Shown here piece after piece: positions 17,534 to 26,321 of a stretch of 64,000 bases of DNA. Location: assembly GCA_000252485.1 (NCBI GenBank), contig JH610785.1, positions 164 to 64,163 on the forward strand, given 5' to 3'. The DNA comes from Prochloron didemni P4-Papua_New_Guinea (GTDB taxonomy: Bacteria; Cyanobacteriota; Cyanobacteriia; Cyanobacteriales; Prochloraceae). How positions within the stretch are numbered: the first letter of the stretch is position 1; every line of letters begins with the position of its first letter. Both the position numbers and the translations under genes were made by a program. Under the pieces are notes generated by a model. The model searched no databases. It saw only the letters and a list, made by a program, of their open reading frames with translations, and was not told where the DNA came from.

Positions 17534-18817
17534 ATGCGTGTATTTGTCTTAGATAAAAACCGAAAACCACTAGACCCATGTCATCCTGCTAAAGCAAGAA
17601 AATTGTTGAAGTTAGGAAGGGCAAGGGTGCTTAGAAGGTACCCATTTACCATCATCATCAAAGACTTGGAGGTAGAGAATTGCGTCACTCATGACCATCA
17701 ACTAAAAATAGACCCAGGGGCTAAAACAACAGGGCTTGCAATTGTTCAAGGTGATAGAGTTATTTGGGGGGCTGAACTAACTCATAGAGGCGAACATATC
17801 AGAGAAGCTTTAACCTCTAGGAGACAGCTTAGACGTTCTCGTCGTAACCGTAAAACTCGGTATCGTAAGCCTAGATTTCTTAACAGGACTCGCCCCAAAG
17901 GTTGGTTGCCTCCTAGTCTAATGTCGCGGGTTCATAATATTTTGACTTGGGTCAAGAAACTGATTAAACTTTGTCCAGTAACTGGTATTTCCCAAGAGCT
18001 AGTGAGGTTTGATACCCAGAAGATGCTAAATCCTGAAATCTCTGGGATTGAATACCAACAAGGGACTTTGTATGGCTATGAGTTGCGAGAATATCTTTTA
18101 GAAAAATGGAAGAGAACTTGTGCTTATTGCGGTGCAAAAAATACTAGGCTAGAGATTGAGCATATCAAGCCAAGGTCTAAGGGTGGAAGCAATAGGGTCT
18201 CTAACTTGACCATTGCTTGCCATGATTGTAATCAAGCTAAAGGAAATCTTGAAATAGAAGAATTTCTATCAAGTAAACCCAATATTCTCAAGCGTATTCT
18301 ATCGCAAGCAAAAAAACCATTAGCAGATGCAGCAGCAGTTAATGTAACTCGGTGGAAGTTGCAAGACGAACTAAAGTTAATCGGACTACCAGTTGAAGTA
18401 GGTTCAGGTGGTTTAACTAAATACAATCGTTGCCGCCAAAATTTACCAAAAACTCATTGGCTGGATGCTGCAAATGTCGGGAAGGTTGAGACGTTATACA
18501 TTGAAGATTATCAGCCCTTATTGATAACAGCTAAGGGGCATGGAACCAGACAAATTTGTAGAACAGACAAATTTGGGTTCCCAAGGCTTCATTGTTCTCC
18601 AAAAAAGATTCACAAAGGTTTCCAGACAGGAGATATTGTAAGAGCTGTCGTGACTAAAGGCAAAAAAATCGGAACTTACATGGGTAGAATAGCAACGAGA
18701 AAAACTGGTTCTTTTGATATTACTACTGCAAAAGGCAGGGTTTCAGGAATTAGCTATAAATATTGCCAAGCTATCCATCGCAAAGATGGATATAATTATC
18801 AATTTTACGGCGGATAA
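17534..18817 (+). CDS. iscB: IscB-type RNA-guided endonuclease (split RuvC with inserted HNH; IS200/IS605 OMEGA effector, Cas9 ancestor class)
   Basis: 427 aa. Motifs in order: PLMP-type N-domain (NRKPLDPCHPAKARKLLKLGRA); RuvC-I LKIDPGAKTTGLAIV (D60); Arg-rich bridge helix RRQLRRSRRNRKTRYRKPRF; RuvC-II ISQELVRFD (E155). Then HNH CAYCG..EIEHIKPRSKGGSNRVSNLTIACHDCNQAKG (two CxxC pairs, H210); RuvC-III THWLDAANVG (H308/D311); ~110-aa C-terminal domain. AGGAG lies 10 nt before the ATG. Confidence 0.85.
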   Translation: MRVFVLDKNRKPLDPCHPAKARKLLKLGRARVLRRYPFTIIIKDLEVENCVTHDHQLKIDPGAKTTGLAIVQGDRVIWGAELTHRGEHIREALTSRRQLRRSRRNRKTRYRKPRFLNRTRPKGWLPPSLMSRVHNILTWVKKLIKLCPVTGISQELVRFDTQKMLNPEISGIEYQQGTLYGYELREYLLEKWKRTCAYCGAKNTRLEIEHIKPRSKGGSNRVSNLTIACHDCNQAKGNLEIEEFLSSKPNILKRILSQAKKPLADAAAVNVTRWKLQDELKLIGLPVEVGSGGLTKYNRCRQNLPKTHWLDAANVGKVETLYIEDYQPLLITAKGHGTRQICRTDKFGFPRLHCSPKKIHKGFQTGDIVRAVVTKGKKIGTYMGRIATRKTGSFDITTAKGRVSGISYKYCQAIHRKDGYNYQFYGG

Positions 18818-18830
18818 ATCCGTGGTCACT

Positions 18831-18894
18831 GCACTTCGACTACCCTTCGACTTCGCTCAGGGCGAGCGCTCAGGGACCGCGAAGTCGAAGTGCC
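18831..18894. repeat. hairpin repeat of the CTTCGACTTCGC...GCGAAGTCGAAG family, immediately 3' of iscB
   Basis: 12-bp perfect stem (18845-18856 / 18879-18890). Family members at 23430-23500, 56375-56455 and 56770-56933. Confidence 0.8.
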
Positions 18895-19039
18895 GAGTCA
18901 ACTTCAAGATAGGTTATTGCGAGGTATGGAAAGAAAGAAAAGAGGCTGCGATCGCTTATAGTCACAAAGATTGGGATCGAGTCTCTGATGAAGAAGTGTT
19001 TGCAGCAGCAGAACAAGCTAAAAATTTGGGATTCGCAGT

Positions 19040-19942
19040 TTAATTAAAAGTGTTGGTTGATTCAGAAACAGCAATTTGATAGATATAACGGCGGGAATGA
19101 GAGGTTATTTGGGCTAGCTGTCGGCTGGCTTGAGATTTGCTTACTCCTTGATTATATAATTCCTGCAATTGCTCTTTAATTTCTGCTTCTGAGAGGGTGG
19201 GAAGGGATAAATTAGCCGCTCCATCAACCACGAGGGTAAATTCCCCTTTCGGTTGTTTTTTCCCTTCATACAAGGCTATAGCTTGGCTAATTTGACCCCG
19301 CCAAAATTCTTCGTGCAGTTTAGTTAATTCCCGCGCCAACACAATAAATCTATTTTGCCCCAAAACTGTCCCTAAATCCTTCAAGGTTTGTAACAAGCGG
19401 TGGGGTGCTTCGTAGAAGATTAAAGTGCGAGTTTCTTCTTGTATTGCTTCCAAACGCAATTTTCTCTCTCGATTCTTGGTGGGGAGAAAACCTTCAAAGA
19501 TAAAGCGATCGCACGGCCTACCGGATCCCACCAAAGCAGTTATAGCAGCAGTTACACCGGGTATAGGTACTACTGTAATTTCCGCTGCGATACAAGCCTT
19601 AACGAGATGATAGCCAGGGTCAGAAATAGAAGGCATTCCCGCATCTGTTACGAGGGCGATCGCCTTTCCGAATTGCAACAAAGCTAACAACTCTTCTTCC
19701 CTTTCACAACGATTGTGTTGGTGATAGCTTATTTGTGGGGTGGTAATTTGAAAATGCTGCAATAACTTTCCCGTATGACGGGTATCTTCTGCAGCAATTA
19801 AATCTACTTGCTGCAAAGTATTTACTGCTCTAAAAGTGATATCCTCTAAGTTGCCAATAGGAGTTCCTACTATATATAACTTTCCTTGTTGTTGGTTATT
19901 TGTTGTTTGTTGTTTGTTGTTTGTTGTTGGTTGTTTGTCCAT
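19040..19942 (-). CDS. rsmI: 16S rRNA (cytidine1402-2'-O)-methyltransferase RsmI
   Basis: LYIVGTPIGNLEDITFRAVNTLQQVDLIAAEDTRHTGKLL is the canonical RsmI N-terminus. The only in-frame start lies inside a heptamer array and adds MDKQPTTNNKQQTTNNQQQGK. Confidence 0.85.
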   Translation of the reverse strand: MDKQPTTNNKQQTTNNQQQGKLYIVGTPIGNLEDITFRAVNTLQQVDLIAAEDTRHTGKLLQHFQITTPQISYHQHNRCEREEELLALLQFGKAIALVTDAGMPSISDPGYHLVKACIAAEITVVPIPGVTAAITALVGSGRPCDRFIFEGFLPTKNRERKLRLEAIQEETRTLIFYEAPHRLLQTLKDLGTVLGQNRFIVLARELTKLHEEFWRGQISQAIALYEGKKQPKGEFTLVVDGAANLSLPTLSEAEIKEQLQELYNQGVSKSQASRQLAQITSHSRRYIYQIAVSESTNTFN

Positions 19943-19950
19943 TTACTAAT

Positions 19951-20046
19951 TGTTTATTGTTCATTGTTCATTGTTCATTGTTCATTGTTCATTGTTCATT
20001 GTTCATTGTTCATTGTTCATTGTTCATTGTTCATTGTTCATTGTTC
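19951..20046. repeat. tandem heptamer array (TTGTTCA)n, ~13 copies
   Basis: Read directly. Contiguous with the (TTGTTTG)-type array at 19876-19935 that enters the rsmI 5' end. Confidence 0.95.
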
Positions 20047-20215
20047 TAAGAGTTTAACCGATGTCATAATAGAGATAATTGCTGTTATTAACGCTAAAAA
20101 ATAGTTGCTTGTACTGTTGATTAAACGTATAATAGTGTATAATTTAAACTGGTTTGCCCACATTAGTCTTAGCCTCTCATCTTGAAAATAAAATTTATAG
20201 CAGTTGACAGTTGAT

Positions 20216-20360
20216 AGCTCCTTCGGTCGAATTCAAAATTCAAAATTAAAAATTCAAACATGTTGAATTGACGAATGTCTCCGCAAAAAATGGCAGAAAC
20301 TATACTCGCCTTATCCCTCTTGCTTTTTAGCTTGTTGTCAATTTTCAGATTCGGTCGAGT
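20216..20360. repeat. 146-bp dispersed repeat, copy D (inverted relative to 3667-3812)
   Basis: The reverse complement aligns with copies A-C. Confidence 0.85.
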
Positions 20361-20478
20361 GGATAGTTGATAGTTATACTGCAACCTGCGGTTGCTCTGA
20401 TATCATAGTAAACACTTTCATGGGCCAGTATATATACGAAATAGTTATGTCAATGAAATACCAAGATCGCTCTCTCTG

Positions 20479-21366
20479 ATGGAAAAACAAGGATTATTCG
20501 TGGGCTTGGCAACTTTAGATTTTCTTTATCTAACCCCTAAGATGCCTCAAAAGAATGAGAAAATTGTGGCAATAGATGACACAATGGGGGCTGGGGGGCC
20601 TGCTGCTAATGCAGCCGTCACCTACGCTCATTTTGGCAATAGGGTAAAACTAGTGACAGTTTTGGGCCATAGCACCATTAGCAATTTAATTAAAGGAGAT
20701 TTAGAAGATCAGGTCGTAAAAATTATCGATTTAGACCTAGATAGGCAGGAATCCCCACCAGTATCCTCTATCATAATTACCCAATCTACAGGCGATCGCG
20801 CAGTCATTTCCCTCAATGCTACCAAGTGTCAAGGATCTGTGGCTGCACTGCCATCAGATCCTTTACAGAATATTGACGTTGTGCTAATTGACGGACATCA
20901 AATGGCAGCCAGTAGGATGATCACACGGGAAGCCCGAACCAATGGCATTCCGGTGGTGCTGGACGGAGGGAGTTGGAAGGAAGGATTGAATGAGGTTTTG
21001 CCTTTTGTGGATTATGCTATTTGTTCGAGCAATTTCTCTCCTCCCGGTTGCGAGAACCAGGAAGATGTTGTTGCCTATCTCTCCAAGTTTGGGATTGCTC
21101 ATATTGCCATTACGGTGGGGGAAAAGCCGATTCAATATCTGAGTAACGGTCAAAGGGGAGAGTTGCCAGTGCCTCAAATTAAACCTGTGGATACTCTGGG
21201 GGCTGGAGATATTTTCCACGGTGCCTTTTGTCATTACATCCTTGAGAATAGGGAAGAGGGAACAGGAAATGAAGAAGAGTTTCCAGATGCTTTAATGAAA
21301 GCAGCTAAAATAGCCTCTCATTCTTGTGAGTTTTTCGGTCCTCGCAAGTGGATGGCAAATGGATAA
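20479..21366 (+). CDS. PfkB-family carbohydrate/nucleoside kinase
   Basis: Ribokinase-like fold signature: GGPAANAA near the N-terminus and DTLGAGDIFHGAF near the C-terminus. Confidence 0.8.
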   Translation: MEKQGLFVGLATLDFLYLTPKMPQKNEKIVAIDDTMGAGGPAANAAVTYAHFGNRVKLVTVLGHSTISNLIKGDLEDQVVKIIDLDLDRQESPPVSSIIITQSTGDRAVISLNATKCQGSVAALPSDPLQNIDVVLIDGHQMAASRMITREARTNGIPVVLDGGSWKEGLNEVLPFVDYAICSSNFSPPGCENQEDVVAYLSKFGIAHIAITVGEKPIQYLSNGQRGELPVPQIKPVDTLGAGDIFHGAFCHYILENREEGTGNEEEFPDALMKAAKIASHSCEFFGPRKWMANG

Positions 21367-21413
21367 ACAGTTACTCTCTCCCCTCTTTCCTCTGTGACTT
21401 CCTCTGCGGTTTA

Positions 21414-22073
21414 TTATTCCTCTTCCCTCTTCTCTCCAATAACAGCATAGAAAGGATCCGTTCCCACCATACCCAGCATTTGTAAGAAAGGAGGAAGTTG
21501 AGATTGACGAGCAATTACCTCTGGTTTATTATAGCCAGGAATTGAGTTAAAATAACTCTTGACTAAGTTTAGCCGACTAGAATCGGTTCCGTCTCGCCAA
21601 GCGGAGATGGCCTTCTGATAAAACATCCGATTGGAAAAACTAATAATAGCAATTCCCTTTGGTTTCAGAACCCGATGAATTTCTGTAAATACAGCTTCTG
21701 GGTATTGCAAATATTGTACCGAAACCGCAATTAAAACCCCATCAAAATCTGTATCGGGAAAAGGTAACTTAGGGTTAGCATTTAAATCTTGAAGAAAATA
21801 ATTATCCAAGCGAGGATTTTTGGCTAGTTCTTCTTCATTCATGCCATGTCCTTCCACTCTAGCAAATGCTATATCTTCTGGCAAATGAGAAACCCAACTG
21901 CTCATTAAATCCAGAATGGAGCTATGAGGTTTTAGCTTTTCCCTGTATAAATTAGTTAACTGAGCGATAAAATTATTATCTACGTGGGTGACGAGCCTAG
22001 GTACGTCATAAAAAAACCTATCTTCCGTCTCATCTAATTTGCTGCGTTGTTCCGCTCGCAGTAACAGGTTCAT
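21414..22073 (-). CDS. class I SAM-dependent methyltransferase
   Basis: ILDLMSSW.. (motif I-like), FDGVLIAVSVQYL and RVLKPKGIAIISF are typical of the Methyltransf_11 type. Confidence 0.7.
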   Translation of the reverse strand: MNLLLRAEQRSKLDETEDRFFYDVPRLVTHVDNNFIAQLTNLYREKLKPHSSILDLMSSWVSHLPEDIAFARVEGHGMNEEELAKNPRLDNYFLQDLNANPKLPFPDTDFDGVLIAVSVQYLQYPEAVFTEIHRVLKPKGIAIISFSNRMFYQKAISAWRDGTDSSRLNLVKSYFNSIPGYNKPEVIARQSQLPPFLQMLGMVGTDPFYAVIGEKREEE

Positions 22074-22155
22074 AATCCTTTCAACTTAGCTTGTTTATTT
22101 GATACCATCATGATATCTTAAAAGTATAACTAATTCAAGGGAATAATCTTGCAAT

Positions 22156-22506
22156 ATGCCTTTAATTAAAGTTCAATCATCTGTCCCCGCTCCCCATAGG
22201 TCTCAAGTTCAAGACTTGCTCAAAAATCTTTCCAGCAAACTGGCCGGTCATTTAGGCAAACCAGAATCCTATGTAATGACAGCTTTTGAACCGGAAGTAG
22301 CCATGACTTTTGCTGGAACTGACGACCCAGCTTGTTATATTGAAATTAAAAGTATTGGCCATATGAGTCCAGCTCAAACTAAGGCTATGAGTCAAGATTT
22401 TTGTCAAGAAGTAAGCGATAAATTAGGAGTATCTAAGAACCGAACTTATATCGAATTTGCCGATGCAGAGAGAACTATGTGGGGTTGGAATGGCTCTACT
22501 TTCTAA
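22156..22506 (+). CDS. MIF/tautomerase-superfamily protein (phenylpyruvate tautomerase-like)
   Basis: 116 aa. The N-terminal MPLIKV.. gives a catalytic Pro1 after Met removal. Length and beta-alpha-beta pattern match MIF-type proteins. Confidence 0.7.
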   Translation: MPLIKVQSSVPAPHRSQVQDLLKNLSSKLAGHLGKPESYVMTAFEPEVAMTFAGTDDPACYIEIKSIGHMSPAQTKAMSQDFCQEVSDKLGVSKNRTYIEFADAERTMWGWNGSTF

Positions 22507-22589
22507 GTAGGAGTGGTTTTTCCCTCTCCCTCCCAGCCTCCCTCTCCCAAAGGGCGAGGGAGGAGTATAACTATCAACTATCAACTGTT

Positions 22590-23390
22590 ATGGCTAATCC
22601 ATTTCCGGGGATGAATCCCTACTTAGAACAATCGGAATATTGGTCGGATTTTCACAACCAATTAATAGGGGCGATCGCCAGAGCTTTAATTCCTCAATTA
22701 TTACCTAAATATCGAGTAGTGACGGACAAATGGGTTTATAAAATTGCTGGCTCTACTCTAATAGCAATTGGGAGACCGGATGTAACCGTACAACTTGCAG
22801 TGAGCGGAGTCGAACTGCAGCGTCGAGATTCTGCTTCTATTTCCACAAGAACAGCAACTGCAGTTGCTGTATCTCAACCCTCAGTTCTACCTATTTCCGT
22901 ATCCGTTCCTATGAGAGAAGAAGTGCGACAATCTTACATCGAAGTTAAAGATACTGCTACTAAGAAAGTAGTAACAGCTATCGAACTTCTTTCTCCCGCT
23001 AACAAACAAGGAGAAGGTCGTCAGAAATATGAAGCAAAACGACAGCAAATTTTGGAAAGTTTGACTCATTTAGTAGAAATTGACTTGTTGAGGGCTGGTA
23101 ATCCTTTACCTGTTGCTAATAATAGCAAGAAGAGTAACTATAGAATCTTAGTTAGTCCTGCCAATAGTCGTCCCGCTGCAGATTTGTATCTTTTTAATTT
23201 GGGCGATCGCATTCCCTGTTTTCCTCTTCCCCTTCTGGCTGAAGACAAGGAAGTAATAGTAGACTTGCAGCAATTAGTTAACGAACTATACCAGCAGTTA
23301 GGCTACGATTATTTTATTGATTATAAGAGCAGTCCCCCATCACCTTGGTCTGAAAAAGATGTAAAACCTTTTGTGGGCCGTCTCTCTTAG
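22590..23390 (+). CDS. DUF4058-family protein
   Basis: MANPFPGMNPYLE....W.DFHNQLI is the hallmark N-terminus of this cyanobacteria-rich family. Start set at the ATG at 22590, because the upstream part of the tracked ORF is repeat sequence. Confidence 0.65.
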   Translation: MANPFPGMNPYLEQSEYWSDFHNQLIGAIARALIPQLLPKYRVVTDKWVYKIAGSTLIAIGRPDVTVQLAVSGVELQRRDSASISTRTATAVAVSQPSVLPISVSVPMREEVRQSYIEVKDTATKKVVTAIELLSPANKQGEGRQKYEAKRQQILESLTHLVEIDLLRAGNPLPVANNSKKSNYRILVSPANSRPAADLYLFNLGDRIPCFPLPLLAEDKEVIVDLQQLVNELYQQLGYDYFIDYKSSPPSPWSEKDVKPFVGRLS

Positions 23391-23648
23391 TAAGTAGAGT
23401 TAAAAGTGCTAAATACACCGTGGGATAGCCCCCCTTCGGCTACCCTTCGACTTCGCGGTCCCTGAGCGAAGTCGAAGGGCAGGGCAAGCGCTCAGGGCAA
23501 GTCTGGGCTGTCCGTTTTATATGACCCAGATTAATTTTCCCAAGATGTTGCATTTTTTTTCACTAGATGATAATATGTAATCGTGGGAAAAGGTGCGGAC
23601 ATATATATATATTATTTTCTTGGAACTACTAGATTATTTTGAAACAAC

Positions 23649-24065
23649 ATGCCAGCAAAAGATATATATCACCAATTAGTACGTCGCGGTCTTGAAAAAG
23701 ATGGCTGGACTATTACCCACGACCCCCTTCATATCGATTTAGTAGATATTGAAGTTTATATCGATCTGGGTGCAGAGCGTTTAATTGCTGCGGAACGAGA
23801 TAATGAAAAAATTGCTGTGGAAATTAAAAGTTTTATTGGTGGTTCTGCTATTTCACAATTCCATCTTGCTTTAGGGCAGTTTCTTAACTATCGATTCACA
23901 TTAAAGAAATCAGAACCTGAACGGATACTTTATTTAGCAGTTACCTCTAAAATTTATTCAACCTTTTTTCAGAAAGCAGCTATCCAGGAAATCTGTAAAG
24001 AGTATAGTCTCAAGTTACTTGTCTATCATATTAACTCGGAGGAAATTATTGAATGGATAAACTAG
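23649..24065 (+). CDS. xisH: XisH family protein (second copy)
   Basis: ..LEKDGWTITHDP...LGAERLIAAERDNEKIAVEIKSF.. Confidence 0.8.
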   Translation: MPAKDIYHQLVRRGLEKDGWTITHDPLHIDLVDIEVYIDLGAERLIAAERDNEKIAVEIKSFIGGSAISQFHLALGQFLNYRFTLKKSEPERILYLAVTSKIYSTFFQKAAIQEICKEYSLKLLVYHINSEEIIEWIN

Positions 24066-24388
24066 AACTTTATCGTGACATTATTCAAACTTTGCTAGCT
24101 GAATACGCAGGATATAAGTCTTTAAATCCAGAAATGGAAAGAGAGTTGGTTTGCGATCGAGAACGCGATCGCTATCTCATTGTTAATTTTGGTTGGCAAG
24201 GTTCTCGCTACGTTCATAGCTGTAGCGTTCACCTGGAAATTAGAAAAGAAAAAATCTGGCTGCAAAACAACATGACTGATATTGATTTTGCCGAAGAGTT
24301 AGTAGCAATGGGAGTGGCGAAAACTGATATTGTGCTGGGTTTTCATTCTGCTTTCGATCGCCAATTTAGTGAATATGCTGTGGAATAG
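24053..24388 (+). CDS. xisI: XisI family protein (second copy)
   Basis: ..DRERDRYLIVNFGWQG.RYVH.CSVHLEI...KIWLQNNMTD.DFAEELV..GV.K.DIVLGFH; overlaps xisH. Confidence 0.8.
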   Translation: MDKLELYRDIIQTLLAEYAGYKSLNPEMERELVCDRERDRYLIVNFGWQGSRYVHSCSVHLEIRKEKIWLQNNMTDIDFAEELVAMGVAKTDIVLGFHSAFDRQFSEYAVE

Positions 24389-24930
24389 TTGGGAGAATAT
24401 AATTAGATGATAACAACCAACAACAAACAACTAATATCAAATCGGAAAATGTTTGCGACTATCCCCCTAAATCCCCCTTATCAAAGGGGGACTTTGAGAA
24501 TATAGCAATTGTAGTAATAGTAGGGTGCGTTGCGAACGCACCGGCCAAAATTTACAAAAGAAAACTAAGCAATTGTAGGTTGGGTTGAGGTAACGAAACC
24601 CAACACAATTTAGTGGGTCAAATTCCAAATGTTTCACAAACTTTTTCCAATGAAATTCCAGTTTTACGCTTTCTTGCTTCTAGTATACGCTCTAGCATGA
24701 TTTTACTATTCGTTAGATACTTTGTTTCCCGTTCCGAGGCAATTTCACGCCATAGTTCAATAGGAACTACTACGGCTACAGTTTCTCCCTCTGGATTAGA
24801 GATATATTGAATATTTTAAGGATTAATGCTGAAACTTTGGGAAGAAACCCGGTTTCTCAACCAACGGGATAACCTCAATCTATACTACGATTCAATCAAC
24901 TATTTGTAGCAAATGTTTTCCTATTTTATA

Positions 24931-25161
24931 TTAGCTAGATTTTGAATAAAGAATTTGGTCGTGGTCTTGACCTGAAAATTCACTCCCGTTTTCTAATGGC
25001 ATGGCAGCAATCTCTGCTAAAATATCCACTGGGTTAGTTTTAGGAGATTTTTCTGTTTCGGCAAGAACAACAATTTCTACTTTAGTCCCTTCTACTAAAG
25101 GAATAGGTTCTAGCGGTTTTAATACACCTTGCTCGTAAGTCGCTTCAATAGTAATTGTCAT
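24931..25161 (-). CDS. DUF104/AF2212-like antitoxin-family small protein
   Basis: MTITIEATYEQGVLKPLEPIPLVEGTKVEIVV is the typical N-terminal signature. No PIN/VapC partner ORF is adjacent. Confidence 0.55.
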   Translation of the reverse strand: MTITIEATYEQGVLKPLEPIPLVEGTKVEIVVLAETEKSPKTNPVDILAEIAAMPLENGSEFSGQDHDQILYSKSS

Positions 25162-25895
25162 TGTTGTTTCTGTCCAACCTAGTTTTCTAACTTTTCTCTA
25201 TTATAATCGATAGATATAATAATTTGACATTATTAATAAATAATTGGTACAAGTTCTAACGTTGGATCTCCCCCAGCCCCCTCCCCCCCTTTCCCCCAGG
25301 GGAAAAGAAAGGGGGGAGAAGAAAAAGTCCCCCTTATTAAGGGGGATTTAGGGGGATAAACTCCAAATACTCGCAGATAAAACAACTAGTATCAGCCCAT
25401 TCGCCGGGTTTCTACTATTATTTTGGCTCTCGTTACCTAGATTTGGAAAAGAAACCCGGTTTCTAACCCCAGCCTTAAGTAATCTAGAAATTGTTCGTTT
25501 GTTTATTGTTGGTTGATTTGAGCAAATATTTCTTTCAATTCTTCTACCTTTATGCCTAAAATGGAGGCAAGTTGAGCTAGTAAGCTGGAATCTTGGGTGG
25601 TTTGATATAAGCGAGCAAGTGCGGGAATTGAAAAAGTTTCTACGTTATACATATCATTAAACTCAGCCCAGTTTTGTAAAGCTTGCAGATAGTTTGTGTT
25701 TGCTTTTGAATACTCTTCTAACTCTTCAGCAACCATTCCTAAAGCGTGGTAGGTTCTAGCTTGAGAATAGCGATCGCCGTATTCAATAAAGATAGCTAAA
25801 GCTTGCTGGTAGTTATTTCTCGCTTCATCCCATTCTCTTAATTCTAGGGCAACGTTTCCTAAATTTAGGTAGGTATTCGCTTGAGAATAGCGATC

Positions 25896-25918
25896 CCGAA
25901 GGGATCCGCAAAGAGTGC
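25896..25918. repeat. 23-nt micro-insertion CCGAAGGGATCCGCAAAGAGTGC inside a HIP1 site (copy 3)
   Basis: GAGAATAGCGATC[23 nt]GCCGTATTCAAT, versus uninterrupted GAGAATAGCGATCGCCGTATTCAAT in neighbouring TPR units. Confidence 0.85.
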
Positions 25919-26278
25919 GCCGTATTCAATTTTGATAGCGAGAGCTTGCTGGTAGTTATTTCTTGCTTCTTCCCATTCTCTTAATTCCCCGGCAAGATTT
26001 CCTAAATTGTGGTAGGTTTTAGCTTGAGAATAGCGATCGCCGTATTCAAGATAGATAGCTAAAGCTTGCTGGTAGTTATTTCTAGCTTCTTCCCATTCTC
26101 TTAATGCCTGAGTAACCATTCCCAAGTTGTGGTAGGTACTAGCTTGAGAATAGCGATCGCTGTATTCAATATCGATTGAGAGAGCTTGCTGGTAGTTGTT
26201 TCTCGCTTCATCCCATTCTCTTAATTCAAAGGCAAGACTTCCTAATTGTTGGTATGTAGAGGCTTGAGAGTGGCGATC

Positions 26279-26301
26279 CCGAAGGGATCCGCAAAGAGTG
26301 C
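26279..26301. repeat. 23-nt micro-insertion (copy 2)
   Basis: Identical 23-mer at the same position of another TPR unit. Confidence 0.85.
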
Positions 26302-26321
26302 GCCGTATTCAATAAAGATAG

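Larger units (their letters stand above)
25503..26321 (-). pseudogene. detached TPR-repeat tail of the CHAT-NTPase-TPR gene (three frame segments)
   Basis: Repeated REWEEARNNYQQALAI..EYGDRYSQA units continue below the stop at 26322 in frames shifted exactly as predicted by the 23-nt insertions. ORFs 25865-26125 and 25503-25736 are pieces of it. Confidence 0.65.

Noticed and set aside
18714-19043. 109-aa ORF overlapping the 3' end of iscB and the hairpin repeat
   Set aside because: The first half is out of frame within iscB and the middle is translated repeat (..RLPFDFAQGERSGTAKSK..). Only the last ~45 codons are unique, and there is no independent support.
19886-20104. 72-aa ORF (LFIVHCS)n; also 51991-52752 (253 aa) and 30541-30765 / 30917-31117
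   Set aside because: These are generated by heptamer arrays or lie antisense to better-supported genes. Their low-complexity Cys/Leu/Phe/Val composition is typical of T/G-rich repeats.
24613-24810. 65-aa plus-strand ORF, and on the minus strand a Phd/YefM-like antitoxin-looking frame (..VVVPIELWREIASERETKYLTNSKIMLERILEARKRK..)
   Set aside because: The plus ORF has no features. The minus-strand frame is attractive but has no ATG/GTG/TTG start after the upstream TAA (only an ATT) and no partner toxin. It is treated as a possible gene scrap only.
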